Translations under genes and position numbers: made by a program | In this document: piece by piece, positions 33,559 to 36,899 of the stretch | How positions within the stretch are numbered: position 1 is the stretch's first letter | How the letters are laid out: the number at the start of each line of letters is the position of its first letter | Notes under the pieces: model-generated | Told to the model about the DNA's origin: nothing | Seen by the model: only the letters and a program-made list of their open reading frames with translations | Database searches by the model: none | Source of the DNA: Acidobacteriota bacterium | Lineage (GTDB): Bacteria; Acidobacteriota; Blastocatellia; Pyrinomonadales; Pyrinomonadaceae | Direction of reading: 5' to 3' | Length of the DNA stretch: 36,899 nt | NCBI GenBank assembly: GCA_024640445.1 | Contig: JAHEEZ010000002.1 | Coordinates: 1 to 36,899, forward strand

Positions 33559-34560
33559 TTAGTTCGCCGAAGCTTCGGTCTTTTCTTCCTCGGCTGATGC
33601 TTCTCCGGATTTCTCCTCTGCCTCTTCGGCAGCGGCCTCGGCCGGCGCTTCTTCAGCCTTTGCTTCCGCGGGCTCCTCGGTCTTTTCAGCAACTTCGGGT
33701 TCCGCAGCCTTTTCTTCGGCGACGGGTTCTTCCGCTTTTGCCTCTTCAGCCGGAGCTTCTTCGGTCTTTGCCTCTTCAGGAGCAGCTTCGGCGGCCTTTG
33801 TTTCCGCAGCCGGAGCCTCGGCCGATTCATCATCGGCGGCTTCATCCGTAAACTCGGAAACGCCTTCGGTCGCCAGATTTCTGCCTTCGAGTATGGCGTC
33901 AGCAACTCGGGAAGTGAACAGGCGGATCGCTCTCAAAGCGTCATCATTGCCAGGAATCACATAATCAACGCCATCGGGCGAGCAATTAGTGTCAACGACG
34001 GCGACGACCGGTATTCCAAGCTTGTTGGCTTCCAGAACCGCGATCTCTTCTTTTCTAACGTCGATTACGAAGAGCATGTCCGGAAGTCCGTTCATGTCCT
34101 TGATCCCGGAAAGGTTCTTCATCAGCTTTCCGTGTTCTCGATCAAGTCCGAGGCGCTCTTTCTTTGTAAGCTTTTCAGCCCTTCCATCTTCTCGCATCGC
34201 CTCGATCTCTTTCAGGCGTCGGATGGAGTTCTGAACCGTCTGGAAGTTGGTCATCAGGCCGCCGAGCCATCGGTTGTTGACATAGAACTGTCCGCAACGT
34301 TCCGCTTCTTCGACGATCGCGTCTTGCGCCTGCCTCTTGGTGCCTACAAAAAGAACCTTCGACTTGGGCTTCTCGGTTACGAAATCCTGCACGAAATCGA
34401 GGGCGTCACGGAAAAGTTTCTGCGTCTTCTGCAGATCGATGATGTAGATACCATTGCGCTCTCCGAAAATGTAATCTTTCATTTTCGGATTCCAGCGCCG
34501 TACCTGGTGGCCAAAATGAACTCCGGCTTCCAGGAGTTCTTTCATTGTTACTGTTGCCAA
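33559..34560 (-). CDS. rpsB: 30S ribosomal protein S2 with a ~95-aa acidic Ala/Glu/Pro/Lys-rich C-terminal extension
   Basis: [22 protein letters not shown]...IYIIDLQKT... is the canonical S2 core (~235 aa), followed by the low-complexity tail [31 protein letters not shown]... Confidence 0.96.
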   Translation of the reverse strand: MATVTMKELLEAGVHFGHQVRRWNPKMKDYIFGERNGIYIIDLQKTQKLFRDALDFVQDFVTEKPKSKVLFVGTKRQAQDAIVEEAERCGQFYVNNRWLGGLMTNFQTVQNSIRRLKEIEAMREDGRAEKLTKKERLGLDREHGKLMKNLSGIKDMNGLPDMLFVIDVRKEEIAVLEANKLGIPVVAVVDTNCSPDGVDYVIPGNDDALRAIRLFTSRVADAILEGRNLATEGVSEFTDEAADDESAEAPAAETKAAEAAPEEAKTEEAPAEEAKAEEPVAEEKAAEPEVAEKTEEPAEAKAEEAPAEAAAEEAEEKSGEASAEEEKTEASAN

Positions 34561-34687
34561 GGTTGTGAATCTCCTATTTTTGGTTTTTGTACTCGACCCG
34601 GCCGAGGATCAACCAAGGGGCCGTGCCGATGGATTGATAAGGCCCGAAGCGGATTTCAATACCGCCACGGGCCTTATGTAAAAAGAA

Positions 34688-35080
34688 TTAACGTTTCGAG
34701 AACTGGAAGCGGGCGCGAGCGCCTTTCTGACCGTATTTCTTACGCTCTTTCTTCCTCGGATCGCGTGTGACAAGGCCGGCTTTCTTGAGCGTCGGGCGAA
34801 GGTCGCCGTTGTACTCGAGAAGTGCGCGGGTGATTCCGTGCCTTACCGCCCCGGCCTGACCGGAGATCCCGCCGCCGACAACGTTAACAAGAATGTCGAA
34901 GTTCTCGACAGTCTCGGTAAGCGAGAGGGGCTGGCGGATTATCATCCTGAGTGCTTCATTCGGGAAGTAATCCTCGAACTCGCGCTTGTTGACCTTTATC
35001 TCGCCCTTGCCCGGCCTGAGATACACTCTCGCGACTGAGGTCTTTCTGCGTCCGGTTCCGTAATACTGTGTGTCTGCCAT
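34688..35080 (-). CDS. rpsI: 30S ribosomal protein S9
   Basis: [19 protein letters not shown]...[19 protein letters not shown]...[25 protein letters not shown]. Confidence 0.96.
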   Translation of the reverse strand: MADTQYYGTGRRKTSVARVYLRPGKGEIKVNKREFEDYFPNEALRMIIRQPLSLTETVENFDILVNVVGGGISGQAGAVRHGITRALLEYNGDLRPTLKKAGLVTRDPRKKERKKYGQKGARARFQFSKR

Positions 35081-35158
35081 ATGATTCGTCTATTCGTTGA
35101 TCTGATCTGATATTTGTCCGCCCGGCACACGACTATCACGTGTCTCTGGCGGAACACG

Positions 35159-35602
35159 CTAGATTGAATCTATCTCCAGCGGTTCGGGCTTTTGCGCACC
35201 ATGCGGGTGCTCCGCATCCGCGTAAACTTTCAGTTTCTTGAACATCGCCCGTCCGAGCGTGTTCTTGGGCAGCATACGCTTTACCGCGAACTCGATGATC
35301 CTCTCCGGGTGTTCTTCGAACATCTTCTCAACAGAGGTGGTCTTCAGCCCGCCGGGATAACCGGAGTGCCGATAATAGTTCTTTTGCTGGTTCTTCGCGC
35401 CTTTGAACTTTGCATGGCGCGCGTTCACCACAACGACGTGATCGCCCATATCAAGGAACGGCGTCCATTCAGGCTTGTTCTTGCCCATCAACACGCGCGC
35501 GATCTCCGTTGATATGCGACCGACCGTCTTGTCCTTGGCATCGACGATGAACCACTTGCGATTTTCTGCCAGATCTTTTCCGCTAGGGAAATAAGTACTC
35601 AT
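35159..35602 (-). CDS. rplM: 50S ribosomal protein L13
   Basis: [34 protein letters not shown]...GDHVVVVNA...[12 protein letters not shown]. Conserved rplM-rpsI synteny. Confidence 0.96.
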   Translation of the reverse strand: MSTYFPSGKDLAENRKWFIVDAKDKTVGRISTEIARVLMGKNKPEWTPFLDMGDHVVVVNARHAKFKGAKNQQKNYYRHSGYPGGLKTTSVEKMFEEHPERIIEFAVKRMLPKNTLGRAMFKKLKVYADAEHPHGAQKPEPLEIDSI

Positions 35603-35650
35603 AAGAATGCTTACTCTTTATCAGGGATTTTCGCCAAAATGCGAACTGAT

Positions 35651-35679
35651 AGGATATCGAAAAGGTATATTGGCGTCAA
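35651..35679 (-). promoter_or_regulatory. Candidate sigma70-like promoter for rplM-rpsI
   Basis: On the minus strand: TTGACG (35679-35674), 17-nt spacer, TATCCT (35656-35651), about 50 nt upstream of the rplM ATG. Confidence 0.35.
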
Positions 35680-35692
35680 GGAAGGAAAAGGC

Positions 35693-36226
35693 CTAAACAC
35701 CCTTGTCCAAAGCCATTCCCGCGAACATCAGGCCGAGCATTGTCTTCGCGTCAAGGAACTCTCCGCGGCTGACCATTTCTATGGCTTCCGAAAGGGCGAT
35801 CCGGCGCACAGTGAGAAATTCGTCGGAATCGGGTCTCGCCGGGTCTTCCGTCAGCCCTGTAGCGAGGAAAACGGTCATCTTTTCGGACAGAAATCCTGGG
35901 GAAACATAGAATTCCGTGATCTGACTCAGGTGCTCTGCCCGGAAACCCACTTCTTCACGGACCTCCCTCGCCGCGCATTCAAGCGCCGTTTCGCCTCTCT
36001 CAATGCTCCCGGCGGGCAGTTCAAGGAGATCTGATTTCGCCGGATGCCTGTACTGAGTGACGAGCGCGACCGTTCCGTCGTCAAAATACGGCACGATCAC
36101 CGCACTTCCCGGGTGTACGACCACATCTCGCGAATAAACGGTCCCGTTTTCCTGGATCAGCGATCTTTGTACCTCGAACAGATCTCCTTCCAAGAGTACG
36201 GACGTGGATAACACTTCAGCTGACAT
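35693..36226 (-). CDS. NUDIX hydrolase (ADP-ribose pyrophosphatase-like)
   Basis: Nudix box GSIERGETALECAAREVREEVGF (G-x5-E-x7-REUxEExGU). Confidence 0.85.
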   Translation of the reverse strand: MSAEVLSTSVLLEGDLFEVQRSLIQENGTVYSRDVVVHPGSAVIVPYFDDGTVALVTQYRHPAKSDLLELPAGSIERGETALECAAREVREEVGFRAEHLSQITEFYVSPGFLSEKMTVFLATGLTEDPARPDSDEFLTVRRIALSEAIEMVSRGEFLDAKTMLGLMFAGMALDKGV

Positions 36227-36232
36227 AATGAT

Positions 36233-36874
36233 CTAAAGGCCAGTTTGCGGGTCGCCGCCAAGGAAACTGCGTACCGTTTTCATGTCTTCCCAAACCTCGC
36301 GCTTCTTTCTCGGATCGCGCAGCAGATATGCCGGATGGAACGTAGGCATAACCTTTATTCCAAAATAATCGAGGAATTTACCGCGCAACCGCGTGATCCC
36401 TACCTTCGTGTCCAGGAGATTCTGGCAGGCTGTATTGCCCATCACGACAATGACCTTGGGGCGCACGATCGCGATCTCACGCAGCAGAAAAGGTTTGCAG
36501 ACCTCCGCTTCGTCGGCGAGCGGCCTTCTGTTGTCGGGCGGCCGGCAGCGGTTTATGTTTCCGATGAACACGTCCTCCCGCTTCAGATCTATCGCCTCTA
36601 TGATCTTCGTGAGTAATTGTCCAGCGCGGCCGACAAATGGCTCGCCCTGCGCGTCCTCGTCCGCCCCGGGTGCCTCGCCGATGAACATCAGTTCCGCATT
36701 CGGATTTCCGACGCTGTTGACGACCTGCGTCCGTTTTTCGCAAAGACGGCATCGGGCACAGTCTCTGCCTATGTCGGCGTGAACCTGCGAAAGCGTCTCA
36801 TTAGTTTCCGCCAGCCCACGGGTCGTGTCGACGAACATGTTCTCTCCAGCGGGTTCCGTTCGCGGTTCCGGCAC
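36233..36874 (-). CDS. Uracil-DNA glycosylase, family 4 (Fe-S type)
   Basis: CARCRLC...VGNPNAELMFIGEAPGADEDAQGEPFVGRAGQLL...NINRCRPPDNRRP...FHPAYLLR. The reading frame stays open to the window edge. The start could be GTG 36874, ATG 36838 (MFVDT...) or upstream of the window. Confidence 0.88.
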   Translation of the reverse strand: MPEPRTEPAGENMFVDTTRGLAETNETLSQVHADIGRDCARCRLCEKRTQVVNSVGNPNAELMFIGEAPGADEDAQGEPFVGRAGQLLTKIIEAIDLKREDVFIGNINRCRPPDNRRPLADEAEVCKPFLLREIAIVRPKVIVVMGNTACQNLLDTKVGITRLRGKFLDYFGIKVMPTFHPAYLLRDPRKKREVWEDMKTVRSFLGGDPQTGL

Positions 36875-36899
36875 AGGCTCGGCTGTCGGTTTCTCACTT

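Noticed and set aside
33435-33905. 156-aa Lys/Arg/Pro-rich ORF on the rpsB strand
   Set aside because: An alternative frame of the repetitive acidic S2 tail, running across the rpsB-tsf terminator into the tsf start. Most likely compositional, though mentioned in a finding for a ribosome-profiling check.
1-36899. CRISPR arrays, tRNA/rRNA genes, IS elements, integrases, prophage or toxin-antitoxin/defence genes
   Set aside because: Scanning by eye found no regularly spaced repeats, no tRNA-like T-arm motifs, no rRNA-like stretches and no transposase, integrase or nuclease-type ORFs. tRNAscan, Infernal and defence-finder runs would be needed to exclude them formally.

Overview
36.9-kb chromosomal window with no rRNA, tRNA, CRISPR array, transposase or integrase that I could see. 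I infer an Acidobacteria-type genome from the tandem TIGR03436-style VWA paralogs and the CarboxypepD_reg-fused TonB-dependent-receptor-like OMP. Left to right: truncated low-complexity CDS; ABC-F ATPase; Rrf2(YwnA-like) regulator overlapping an ABC exporter, behind a promoter with an embedded palindrome; large membrane-anchored metallophosphoesterase; small membrane protein; guaB (-); rodZ-like gene (-). Next is a BMC-H shell gene followed by an AdhE-type acylating aldehyde dehydrogenase with a ~130-aa C-terminal tail. Then a Zn-ribbon tail-anchored protein and two tandem VWA genes (-). These diverge from a reduced T2SS/T4P-like operon: gspF, gspE, a TPR-secretin-cohesin-like fusion, two pseudopilins and a PilM-like gene. 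After that: ECF sigma / zf-HC2 anti-sigma / beta-helix membrane protein; a secreted repeat protein; a TonB-dependent-receptor-like OMP; a small secreted protein. The right end is a minus-strand housekeeping block: frr, pyrH, tsf, rpsB, rpsI, rplM, a NUDIX hydrolase and a family-4 uracil-DNA glycosylase. The best candidates for something undescribed are the orphan BMC-H + AldDH pair, which has no vertex protein or other metabolosome genes nearby, and the reduced secretion machine with its chimeric secretin next to the VWA pair. All calls rest on reading the translated ORFs and the DNA by eye. No database search was run.
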